Translations under genes and position numbers: made by a program
In this document: positions 12,750-24,382 of the stretch, piece by piece
Numbering within the stretch: position 1 is the first letter of the stretch
Layout of the letters: every line of letters starts with the position of its first letter
From: Mytilus edulis
Lineage: Eukaryota
Reading direction: 5' to 3'
DNA: 64,000 bases
Assembly: GCF_963676685.1 (NCBI RefSeq)
Contig: NC_092344.1
Location: 60,388,001-60,452,000 of the forward strand
The notes under the pieces: generated by a model
Databases searched by the model: none
The model's input: the letters and a program-made list of their open reading frames with translations, nothing else
What the model was told of the DNA's origin: nothing

Positions 12750-12798
12750 CTAAACATGCATGAAATATTTGTCACTGGACGTTAAGCAACCAACCATC
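12750..12798 (+). repeat. SINE-like 3' tail
   Basis: CATGCATGAAATATTTGTCACTGGACGTTAAGCAACCAAC; related pieces at about 16050(-), 18650(-), 48750(-) and 48920(+). Confidence 0.55.
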
Positions 12799-13014
12799 AG
12801 TATATTGTCACCGTTAGTTTATTCTTTATTTTTTTTATCCATTTTTTCCTAGTTTTGTCTCATCATTCTCATTTCTATAAATTCCTGTAATAATTTATGC
12901 TGTCCTATTTTTTTTTATATATCTGATGCACTTACCTTACAAAAAGGCACACATCAAATTACGTCTATGTAAAGAAAAACGTCTCATACAAATACTAAGA
13001 ATGCATTTGGAAAT

Positions 13015-13193
13015 TAGTATGGCGTTCATTAACACTGGACTAGTATATATTTGTTTAGGGGCCAGCTGAAGGACGCCTCCGGGTCGGGAATTTCTCGCTA
13101 CATTGAAGACCTGTTGGTGACCCTCTGCTGTTGTTTTTTATTTGGTCGGGTTGTTGTCTCTTTGACACATTCCTCATTTCCATTCTCAATTTT
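13015..13193. repeat. Dispersed repeat family B
   Basis: Colinear with 55593-55786 (TAGTATGGCGTTCATT...GGGGCCAGCTGA.GGACGCCTCCGGGT...). Confidence 0.85.
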
Positions 13194-15393
13194 ATATGTA
13201 GAAAACTCCCTTAAAACAAGTATAACTGGCAGTTTAGCGTGATCACACAACGAGCCAACTCAATTTTCATTTACAAAATTAACTGATCTTAAAACTGCAA
13301 ACGACAGAATAGTCTGAATGTTTCTTAGCTGTTACACCAATAATCGCCTGATCCTTTTGGGAGAAAATTTTTAGGAACCAACCTTCACACAAAACCACTT
13401 TGCCAATGTAGCCCGTCTCCATGGAGAAATATAGAACATAACCAGTCAGTCATGAAACTCAATACTCTTTGAATGCATGTTTGAATCATGCACATGGAAA
13501 AGATGGAATGGGATTTTTTGGCATAGTAACTTGTAAAAAACATAAAAACTCAGAAGTGTATTTAACTTCTCCAACTCTTATAAATTCCATCATGTATTAG
13601 CATGCAATAAAGGACAGCTTAGCAAGAACAATTACCTCTCCTGTGAACCTTTATTATAAAAATAAGGAAATTGGTATCATTGCTATACATGTTGTGACGA
13701 GGCAACAACCCAGCAGAGTTCAAATGACATGGATATACGCAAATGTGATCACTGCATGACCTTCAATATTAAGAAACTCCCTACCGTATACAATGTAGTC
13801 AACTATAAAAGGGCCTGACATGAAAATGAGATACAATTCAACCGTAAAAACTAACTGTTTAATTGTTCGTATGATTTTTAATTTGTTAATACAAATCTAA
13901 TTTCCCTAACATATCTCACAACAATGTTTCTTGATATTTGTTTCATTTAATCAATATACGTCTGTGTATTTTTTTTTTCGCTTTGTGGTGGCTGTCAAAA
14001 TAATGTATACCCAACATTTTTGGTACTGTGATTTATTCATACTGATTGATGCTTCAGTAATTAAAAAATAAATCTTTCAGTTTGAGTCTTGTTCTAATAA
14101 AATTGAAGCATGTTTATGATACAATCAAAATCCTGAATATTACATTTTTGTTTTAATTCTTCACATTTTACACATAAAATCTGTGTCCATAAATCATCAT
14201 TGTTTGTCTACAAAAGAAAGTAAATTATATCAAAATCATATCAAATTTTAGTCACCAGCATAGCATATATATGAAAAACAAATTGTTTAAAAAACCCATA
14301 ATAGAATTATGAACTATTGTCCTGGTGCAAGCTAAATCCCGCTTTAGGGTGCAAGATTATCTTGCTTTGTTAAAGACCCGACCCATTGGGCTGTTTACTG
14401 CTCTTTTGGTCGGGTTGCCCAGTGTCTCTTTGACACATTCCCTGTTTGTATGCTTTATCCAAACCATGCATGGATTTTTCTCATTGTTGAAGGCCACTCA
14501 CATCCAAATAATTTGAACTTGGGTGGATATTTCTCATTTGTGTAATGCTGAGATTTTAGTAATTTTATCTTCACTTGTTGTTTTAGTTTACATGATAAAC
14601 TCTTAATCATGATAATGGGTTAACTGGTTGCTGTCGCAGTCATTGACACCTCTTTTCATTGATGCTGAAAATATTGTTTAACTATCTTTTGTTTTGCAGA
14701 AAATCGAATGTATAAATCATTTTGACCGTTTAGTGTACTATGTAAAAAATGGCATCTTCTAGAAACACTTTGATTGTTTGTCTTTGAATGAGTAAAACAT
14801 TGTGTATCTCTCCGCCCCCCTTTTTTTTTACACATATCAAGATGCAGGCTCCCTTATTTAGATAGATACAACAAACTTATCTCGGATGAAGGTGATATTT
14901 CGAAGTCATAGCAGTTTTACATCAAGTATTCATAAAGTTAACGATACTACACGTAAAAATGTATTTATATCGTATACGACTGTTCGAGTGGTCCCAGCAA
15001 TTATAAACGGTTCGTTTTCGTTGCACGGACATGCATGAAAGAATATATTAAAACTACTCGGTGTATCAGGTTGCATTGCAATTTATGTTACAGTGTGTGT
15101 TGTTATAACATCTTACCAAGGTTGGATGACATCATGTCGGCTGGTTTTGCCTTCGCGTCCATGCCCATGTACGCCATGCTGTATGGTGTTTTCCATAAAT
15201 TGTATGTCGTCATAAAAATATATAAATAGCTTTAAACAACAATCGGTACACTCGGGCTTTTCAATAATATTATCGTAATGTCATTTCTTCCGAAGTCAAT
15301 AACCAACTTCTTGGTTATTCGTCTTGGACATTATCTTTGACAACAAGCTAAAAAAGTCGATACTATTCCGAATGTCATAAATTACCATTTTTA

Positions 15394-15453
15394 TATCACT
15401 TGTCATCCAGACGCTCTACTTTGAAAAATAAAGCGGCTGGATGATCGAGACTA
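15394..15453. mobile_element. Short hairpin MITE with TAGTCT-type ends (second copy)
   Basis: TCATCCAGACGCT...AGCGGCTGGATGATCGAGACTA. Confidence 0.45.
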
Positions 15454-16413
15454 TTTTTTTTTATGAAAAAAATAACGTGACCGCCCGCCCCAAAATACCC
15501 ATAAAAAAACAATGGTCATTGCCATAACCAACTTGAATACACGAATTGGTAAGTTATTTTATTTCTGATTTGTTACCAATCAAATTTAGATACACTCTCA
15601 ATTTATTTCTTTACGCTTGAAAATACACTCACTGACATGTAAATATTGAGTCGAGTCGACCTTCATCGTTGCACGTGAAAAGTAAGACAGGAAAGACACA
15701 CACTGTGAAACAGCAAATAAATGGATCAGATGAAAGATAAATTTACAGTAATAAATGCTAAGTATAACAGACGTAACGAATATCGGTTGGTTAGACGAAT
15801 TTTACAATAACGGGTAAATTAATTTTGTATCGTGTTGCCCAGTATACTAGTTTCGTTTCCTACATCGTACTAATACAAACATGACAAATGCGGTATACAC
15901 AATGTCGAATTCGACTTGGATGTAGAATTCGAGTTGGATTTCATTTATACATTTGTTGCATATCAAATATGCACAGAATTTCTGCATGCCGCTTATCCTA
16001 TTCCTAACCGTGGTGGTCGGACCTAGGATTTTAATTTTAGAAAGGATTTTTGACGTCCAGTGGCAAATTTATTTGCACATTCATTAATGTTATATGCATA
16101 TTTACCTATATTTAGAAAGGTATAAAGCATAAAAGGGAATAGGAAAAAAAGAAGAAAACTACCTAAATATATGAAGTGGGCTTTTTTCCGTCTCCCCTCC
16201 TCTTTAATTGACTTAGATCACCCTATACAAATCGAAAAACCGTTAGCTTTGTCATATTTAGTTTCTTTGCAATTCTAACTTACTACTTACAATTTTCTGA
16301 AAGACATAACTTTATGAATACAAAAAGGGACCATAAAATTAATGAAAATAAAATTAGGTTCATCATAATGAATAGTTGAATTGAAATGATGACCATTTAC
16401 TCTTCTCCTCTAA

Positions 16414-16710
16414 GGGAGCTACCATTTGAAATTTATGGGGTGGCTAGGATGAAATTTGAAACAAAATAGGCAGGACACGAGTTTTGAGTTAAAAAAAAAA
16501 GGCAGGATGAGACACTTGCAAAAAAAAAAGTCAGGACGACAATTTATGTAAAAAAAAGTCAGGATAAACTAAAAAAAAATGCAGGACCGAACAGAGTGAA
16601 AAATAAAAAAGCAGGACAGAGATTACAGCTAAAAAAAAATGCAGGACAAAATTTTTCATCCTAGCCCCCCCCCCCCCCCCCCAAAAAAAAAAAATCAAAT
16701 GGTAGCTTCC
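16414..16710. mobile_element. PIF/Harbinger-like MITE
   Basis: TAA|GGGAGCTACCATTTGA...TCAAATGGTAGCTTCC|TCA; inner IR GCTAGGATGAAA/TTTCATCCTAGC; internal A-run + GCAGGAC repeats. Confidence 0.75.
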
Positions 16711-17282
16711 TCAAACTACTGAAACAAAGGTAAAACTTGTCCACACTCAGCATTTGAGTATCTAGTTTTAATCAAATGTGTCCGATGAGGCGAATAATCG
16801 CGATGACCCCCTGCCTATCAACATAGCTGCCATGACGAAAACATAATCCGAGATAAAGAAAATCTGACAGTGGCAGATATGTTCAAAATTTTGAGAACTA
16901 CCATCTGTCAAGACTGTCACACTACTTCTTATAGGATTTATCGCCCTTACATGACAAAGTTTACTAAAAAAAATTATCTTTCGCCTAATATCATCAAAAT
17001 CATAATTAATATTATAGAAAAAAACAAAAATACATACTCAGCAAGACCTGGCAGATCTACCGAGTACAAATAAGTCAAACATGGCGTAACCATTGTCAGG
17101 TGACTCCTTATTTGAGTTATAACTCTTTGATGAGGATTGTTCGCCAATGTTTAGTGCTTTTTCCTCTGTTTGTCTTGGAAAACAATAAAACATAGATAGA
17201 CTCTTATAAAAGCCAAGATTACAAATAAATCAATGACCGAATTTGTTAGTTAACTCAGCAGTCTTATCGCAGTTATCGTTTT

Positions 17283-17985
17283 TATACTACCGCAAACGCA
17301 TTCAGTTTCCGGACAATAACTTTAGTTTTAGCGAATGGATCTTTGTAAATTTTCACCAGAAGGTTCAATACCACTAAAGGAAGGTAGGGATTGATTTTGG
17401 GGGTTATGGTCCCAACAGTTTTGGAAATGGGGGCCAAAAAGGGGGCCCAAAACAAGCATTTTTGTAGTTTTCAAACAATAACTTGTGTTTAAGTGTATGA
17501 ATCGGTCTAAAATTATACCACAAGTTTTCATACTATGAAGGGATAGTTGGTATTAATATTGAGGGTTAAAGTCCCGATAGTTTAGGAATTTCGGCCAAAA
17601 AAGGGGGCCCAAAACAAGCATTTTTGTAGTTTTCAAACAATAACTTGTGTTTAAGTGTATGAATCGGTCTAAAATTATACCACAAGTTTTCATACTATGA
17701 AGGGATAGTTGGTTTTAATATTGAGGGTTAAAGTCCCGATAGTTTAGGAATTGCGGCCAAAAAGGGGGCCCAAAATAAGCATTTTTTGTAGTTTTCAAAC
17801 AATAACTTGTGTTTAAGAGTATGAATCTATCTGGAATTATACCACGAGTTTCTATACCATGAAGGAATAATGTAGTATGGACTTTAGGGTGTTATGGCTC
17901 AAAATGTTCTGGAATTAGGGGCAAAAAAAGGGGAAAAACTATTATTTCTGGTCAATTGACAATTTAGACAATTTAAAAGGAGTGT
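17283..17985 (+). mobile_element. Partial HINE/DINE-1-like Helentron derivative with about 3 copies of a ~163-bp repeat
   Basis: Starts TATACTACCGCA (compare the subTIR TATACGACCGCA of 58716-60695); units start near 17430, 17593 and 17755. Confidence 0.7.
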
Positions 17986-18789
17986 ATATTAAATGATATG
18001 TTTAGAAGAAGATGAACCGAGGAAGATGTTAGTACATAAATTTAAAATGTTAAATAAACAAAAACAACGATTCTCTTTCTAATCTTTAACCCCTTCCCCC
18101 GACCCCAAATTTAAATTCGATACCCAAATAGTCCCTTTATATAGGGATAAATATGCCAAAAAATTGTAATGAATTTCATTGAGTCTAAAACTTATTTAAC
18201 TCTAACAATAAAAACTGGGCGCCACGAAATAGCCGAAATATGGCGCTTAAAAGTGACGTTAAAACGCCATAATCGATCCATTATTCAGATTATAGCACAG
18301 TAAGAACAAAGAAATTTTACCCATGTCATGTGTTAACATGTACAATTCACAAATTATATAAATTGACTTAACCGTGGATTGACTCTATATTAGAGTGATT
18401 GTCCTTAAATGACGATGTGGTTATAATAATGATGAGAACAATAAAAGTGGGAAACTGCAAACATTTATAAATCTGAAGCGGTTTTGTCTATGTACAAGTA
18501 TAGATTACGATATAGAAATTATAAAAGATCGGAAGGAACCGTGTAGTAGCAAATAATGACAAGATTAGGTTTCCAAATTGAAAATAAGGTCAACCGTGAC
18601 AACGATCGACTCCTCGTATCTGTATGTGACTGTGAGAGTCTGGCTTGTTGATGTTTACTTTACGTCCACTGGCAAATATTTCATGCATATTCTGCACGAA
18701 GGGTTATGATGAGGTCAACAGAATAGAAAATAATGGGGTTAATCTATAATAATTGAGGGCTGGAGGGGGGGATAGATAGCAGGGGGAAA

Positions 18790-18848
18790 CAATCTCCCAT
18801 ACAGACAGAGTTATCGTCCTTTCCTAACTCTGTCTGTATGGGAGATTG
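18790..18848. mobile_element. 59-bp perfect foldback with CAATCT termini and 9-bp TSD
   Basis: AGGGGGAAA|CAATCTCCCATACAGACAGAGTTA-11 nt-TAACTCTGTCTGTATGGGAGATTG|AGGGGGAAA. Confidence 0.9.
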
Positions 18849-19253
18849 AGGGGGAAATGACAAAAGAGTTATTTCCCTTTGCAAAATGGTTTTGTTCTTT
18901 TCAAATCTCAAACTTTTCATCAAGTTTATGAAACTGTACACAATGCTTATAAGTAAGAATTTATGTAGCTTCAATTTTACTTTCCTTAAGTAGTGCAAGC
19001 GGAAACATCATGGACTCATTCCCAATTTATTTTGTTTGTTCGATTATCTTTAAAACTATCATGCAGTTCACACTAAGAGACCGACAGTGAAATGGCTGTT
19101 TAGCCAGTGAAGGTCGTTAACAACTTTCACCGTCATCAAAATTAAGAGAAAAACCGAAAGCAGCAAAACATGCTCAAGAAGACTAACAAGAAAATGGAGT
19201 CATTGAATTCGTCCGAATTATCTACTGTATATAAGACTCCAAGTGAACTATTA

Positions 19254-19371
19254 CAATCTAATTAAAATTAAATTTCTCACTCGCTCATTTTTTAATGCTT
19301 GGTCGCTGCGTGGGAACAGCGACACAAGCATTAAAAAATGAGCGAGTGAGAGATTAATTTTAATTAGATTG
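19254..19371. mobile_element. 118-bp foldback with CAATCT termini and 9-bp TSD
   Basis: GAACTATTA|CAATCTAATTAAAA...TTTTAATTAGATTG|GAACTATTA; near-perfect arms of about 54 bp around CGTGGGAA. Confidence 0.9.
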
Positions 19372-20065
19372 GAACTATTATAACACGTTATTGGATGATA
19401 TTACAATCCACGTGAATGGTATATAGATTGTTGGTATATTGTGAAGTTAGCCATTGTGTTGATTTCCGACAGACTCTCAACACAGACGAACTACATCTGT
19501 GAGAGCTGGTTCTGGGCTTTACATGATGGGGGGAAACTAGCTGCATGTGACAATTTCTAGGATGGTACATGGCATTGCTGCCGATATAGAGGCAGGCCGG
19601 GATCGACTGACACCTATAGAATATCAAGACACTCTCTAATTAAATTTAATAAAGAAAACATCAAAATAAATACAATATAATACAATACAATATATTGAAG
19701 TCAAAATAAGTTGAAAACAATGATAAAATACTGCAAACAATTCAAGTTAAATACCAAATAAAAACAATAGTAATTACTGTTAAAATAAACCTGAATTAAG
19801 ATATTAGTTACTTATAAACTTTTTCAAAATAAAATTAAAAGAAAAATAATTTTAAATCTAAATTATTTTCAAAACCAAGAGACTCACCTAGAATATCAAG
19901 AAACTCGCTATTAATATCATAGCGGCTTGATCAGTTTATATAATAAGTTTTGAATGTCCTAGTAACCCTAAACTGACTGTAACAAATAAAAGAATTTTGC
20001 TGACGTAGGTTGACCGTTGTCCGAACTTTTAAGATGTTTTATTTAAACTTTGCTAAACATATAAC

Positions 20066-20234
20066 TAGAGGCGGATTGAAAGGGGGCAGGGGGCCCGCCG
20101 CCCCCCCCCCCCCATTTTTTTTGGGAAAAAAATTGGTTGCTTATATAGGAAATCATTGAAGCGTGACTGGAGCGGCCCCCTCTTAGGTCAGTCAGTGGGC
20201 CCCCCACTTATGTAAATTTCTGGATCCCCCACTG
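20066..20234. mobile_element. CAG/GGCGGATCC-type MITE with exact 5-bp TSD
   Basis: ATAAC|TAGAGGCGGATT...TGGATCCCCCACTG|ATAAC. Confidence 0.8.
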
Positions 20235-21097
20235 ATAACCGGGGGTCCGTTTGGCAACTGCTGAAGTTTTATTGCACAGACAAGTTCAATAGTTTATTAA
20301 AGTGCTTATTTGACATATTTGAAATATCCTACGCTTTGAAAATGTATAGAACAGTTAAACAATAATTTTATATAAAATAGTTTACAGATTAGAACTTACA
20401 AACATTAACTAACAAACTATATGAAATCAAATAAACTGCATTTTTCTATTACAATAGAACTTTTTTTTATAATGTTCTGTGAATGGATCAGGATATTAAA
20501 CTCCGACGAGTGGTCCAGGATTTAACATATCCGAGTTGACGTGAATTGGAATCTATACATATCAAAGTTCTTCTAGTAGATGTGCATCAAAATACTTCTC
20601 TGAATCTGGAGAATTTAAAAAAAATCACTGTGTAGATCTGGATGAAAGTTCTCCGCGTATATCTTGAGGAAACTTTGTTACAATCTGCGAATTAAACGTA
20701 CAAACATAGTGGTCAAATCAGAAATGTTTATATAAATACATACTAGCAATTAGTTCATTTTTGTCAATGTCGATAAAACTAACTTATAGAGCTGATACTG
20801 TCATTGATGGTTGTATGACTGTAACGAAAGCATTCAATGCGATGTGACAATTCAGGATGAGAAAAGACAATTAATTTATAGGACGTATCCAAGACAAAGC
20901 TAGCTAAAATATCACAGTATAAACTTGTCTCCGTTTTTTTGTTGCTTACAATACTTGGAAAGCAGCTACAAATTATTCCAACAACAGACATCAAGGCTGG
21001 GATTGAGTTTGAGAGTAATTGCCGCACACGTCCATGAATTAGTGACAAAAAACAAGCATTTTTCCGACAATAATTTGTGTTTGATATATATATAAAA

Positions 21098-21515
21098 AAA
21101 AAGATGTAGTATAATTGCCAATGAGACAACTCACCACAAGAGCTCATCTGACACAGAAATAGGTTCTGTTCGGACATCAACAATGAGCGAGCAAAGCCGC
21201 TACCGTATAGTCAGCTATAAAAGGCCCCGAAATGACAAATGTAAAACAATTCAAACGAGAAAACTAACGGCTTAGTTTATGTACAAAAATGAACGAAAAA
21301 CAAATATGTAAAACATCAAAAGACAACCACCGAATAACAGTCTCCTAACTTAGGACACAAACATACAGAATGTGGAGGTGTTTAACATGTTAGGACACAA
21401 ACATACAGAATGTGGAGGGGTTAAACATGTTAGTGGGATGCCAGCCATCCCCTAACCTGGGACAGTGGTGTAACATAAAAACATAGAACGAACTATAGAA
21501 ATCAATTGAAAAAGG
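21098..21515 (+). repeat. Dispersed repeat family A, longest copy, with an internal ~40-bp duplication
   Basis: Shares the ATTGCCAATGAGACAAC and TAGTCAGCTATAAAAGG cores; GGACACAAACATACAGAATGTGGAGG occurs twice. Confidence 0.8.
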
Positions 21516-21685
21516 ATGGATACAAATATGAATACTACACAAAGTAATGATCTCTCTTAAATTGTACTACAAGGTTCCATACCACAAAGGGAAGGCTGGG
21601 ATACAGTTTTTTGGGGTACCAGGGGGCGGGGGTCAAAAAGTTTGGGTGGATTTTTTTTTCTTTATAATATTTTGAATTTTAAATA

Positions 21686-22060
21686 ATTGCACTGTTTTGC
21701 GCATTTAGCAAGAAATCTTCAATTGTACAGTATTGCGCAATAGGAAGAAATCTCCAATTGCACAGTATTGCGCAATAGCAAAAAATCTTCAATTGCACAG
21801 TATTGCGCAATAGCTAGAAATCTTCAGTTGTACAATATTGCGCAACAACACAGTATCGCACAACATCAAGAAATCTTCAATTGCCACACAGTATTGCACA
21901 ATAGCAAGATATCTTCATTTGAACAATATTGCGCAATAGCAAAGAAAACGTTATTTGCACAATAGCAAGAAATATTCAATTGCACAGTTTTGCGCATTAG
22001 CAAGAAAAGTTAATTGCACAGAATTGCGCAATAGCAAGACTCTTCAATTGCACAGTATTA
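21686..22060 (+). repeat. ~35-bp tandem array (HINE-internal type)
   Basis: About 10 units of TATTGCGCAATAGCAAGAAATCTTCAATTGCACAG; reverse-complement units occur in the HINE at about 59270-59435. Confidence 0.85.
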
Positions 22061-22392
22061 GGCAGCCAGTGGGCCCCAACTTATGAAAATTTCTAGATCC
22101 GCCACTGACTAGTTCCTGTGATATTTTTGCCAGTTTATAACAATTTATAGCCGTGTGAAAGTCCAGTTTTATTATTTCTTTTTTAAATACTTAAATAAAA
22201 GATGCTTATTTCACTTAGCATATTATAAAGCTTTTCTATATATCTTTATTCTCATAAACCAAAATCCATGGTACAGAGATATAAACAATAATATAACATA
22301 TAGTCAGAATAAATACAAATGTATGATCTACAACTGGAAAAATATTTCCAGCTACATGTAATATAAAAAACGCATTATGCATGTATACAATA

Positions 22393-24382
22393 TTATATAA
22401 AAAAAGTTATTAAACAATGTTTCCCCCAAGAGTCCAGCTGTTTATTAATCAGTCTGATAAATTTGCACAAATGATTCAACATACTGATGTTTCTAGTATT
22501 CATCAAATCATGAAATTTCAATATGTTTGGTCTATTTAGATAATATGGTTTCAAAAACTTTTCTCTATCATGATTAAATTTCGAACATTTAAAAATATAG
22601 TGGAATTCATCCCCAATATCTCCTGAATTACATAGTTTACAATTTCGATTTTCTCTAGGTACATTTTTCCACCTTCCAGTTTCAATAGGAAGTTTATGAC
22701 TGAGTATCCTGAATCTACAAAAAGTAATAATATTTTTATCATCTAGGATCTTAAAATAGTTTTCTCTTTCAGCATTATCTTTGAATAGACGATAATTAAT
22801 AGCTTTTGGCGATTCTAATAATATAGAGTGCCAATTTTGTTTGAATTGGTCTACAACACTAACTTTAACCTTATGATATAACCATGTATTACTAACAAAG
22901 TACTGTGCATTCCAAACATATGACAGTCCACAACTATCTAGAATAGATTTTATATTATTAATCCATGGAATGTTCATCCCATACTTTTTATATGCATATT
23001 TATACAAAATAACAGGAAGTTTTTCTTGCTTTCCACACATAAGTTTCGACCAGTAATTTAAAATCCGCAATTTGATATCAATTTCCAAAGGATATCTTCC
23101 AAGTTCTCCATAAATCATGAAATCTGGCGTTGACTTCTTTACATTTAACAAAATTTTACAGAATTTAAGGTGGACCCTTTCAATAACAGAATTATTGCCG
23201 ACTCCCCAAACTTCACTTCCATGCAATAAAATAGGCTTGACAATTTTATCGAAAAGATCGAGTTGGCATTCTATAGATAAATTATGTTTTCGACCTTTTC
23301 GGATAACATCGTACATAGCGTGTGTGGCTTTTTCTGTTTGTGCCTTTTTTGCCTTAGAAAAACTTCCTGTTCTAGAAAAAATAACACCAAGGTACGTAAA
23401 CTCATTTACAATTTCTAAAACAGTATTATTATATTTAAATTCTAAATTTGATAATGGTCTACCTTTTGAAAAATCTACAATTTTGCTTTTATTTACATTA
23501 ACCTTCAATTTCCAAAGTTCACAATAGTTATACAAAGAGTCAAGCTGCTTTTGTAAGTCATTTTTTGACTCTGCCAAAAGAGCTGTGTCATCTGCATACA
23601 GAATCAGAAACAATTTTAAATAGTAGTCTAGTTCAATTTCTATATCATCGGATACTGTTTTTAACCCTTCTACATCTTGTTCTTTTAAAAAATGTTCAAG
23701 ATCATTAATATACAGAGAAAATAATAAAGGTGAGAGGCTTTCACCTTGACGTACACCGACATTACAAGGAAAATACTCTGAAAATACACTACCATCAAAA
23801 ATTCTAGATTTAATATTACTATACATATTTACAATGATATCATACATTTTTCCACTGATAAAATTCTCCAGAAGTTTTTGCCATAAACCAGATCGCCAAA
23901 CTGTGTCAAAGGCTTTTGCAAAGTCTATAAAAGCACAAAAAAGTTTTTTCTTTCGCATCTTCAATAGTTCAAAAAGAATATGTAGGACAAAAATACTATC
24001 TATGGTTGAATAGCCTTTTCTAAATCCTGATTGATTTTCATTTAACAATAAGTAATTTTCCAAAAAAGTGGATAGTCTTGAATTTAGAACTGAGGTAAAT
24101 AGCTTTCCCATGCAGCTAAGAATTGTGATAGGTCTATAATTTTCTGGTTTTTTTGTATCACCTTTATTTTTATAAAAAGGAATAATGTTACCAACTAACC
24201 ATGCTTCTGGAATTTTACCGGAATCGAAAACAATATTAAAAAATTGAACATAAATAGGCATAAAAATATGGCATGTGCTTTTAATATATTCGTTAATAAT
24301 TTTGTCATCTCCACAAGCCTTTCCATTTTTTAAATCTTTAATACAGTTAAATATTTCTTTTTCTGTTATGATACTATTAAGA
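22393..24382 (-). mobile_element. LINE A (RTE-X-like) ORF2, 3' part: reverse transcriptase and C-terminal zinc knuckle
   Basis: PENYRPITILSC, FIDFAKAFD, GVRQGESLSPLLF, LYADD, YLG, PIETGRW..CKLC..DEFH..C; the frame stays open upstream of the listed ATG to the insertion at 24382. Confidence 0.95.

Noticed and set aside
16778-16812. CCGATGAG-GCGA ATAA TCGC-GATG, hammerhead-like
   Set aside because: Both core boxes deviate and no stem I or III can be formed.
21686-22060. CRISPR-like appearance of ~35-bp palindromic repeats
   Set aside because: Units are contiguous with no unique spacers, there are no cas genes, and the context is eukaryotic.
24275-24382. N-terminal 36 aa of the 314-aa ORF
   Set aside because: It is the antisense strand of LINE A read through the insertion junction, not part of LINE B.
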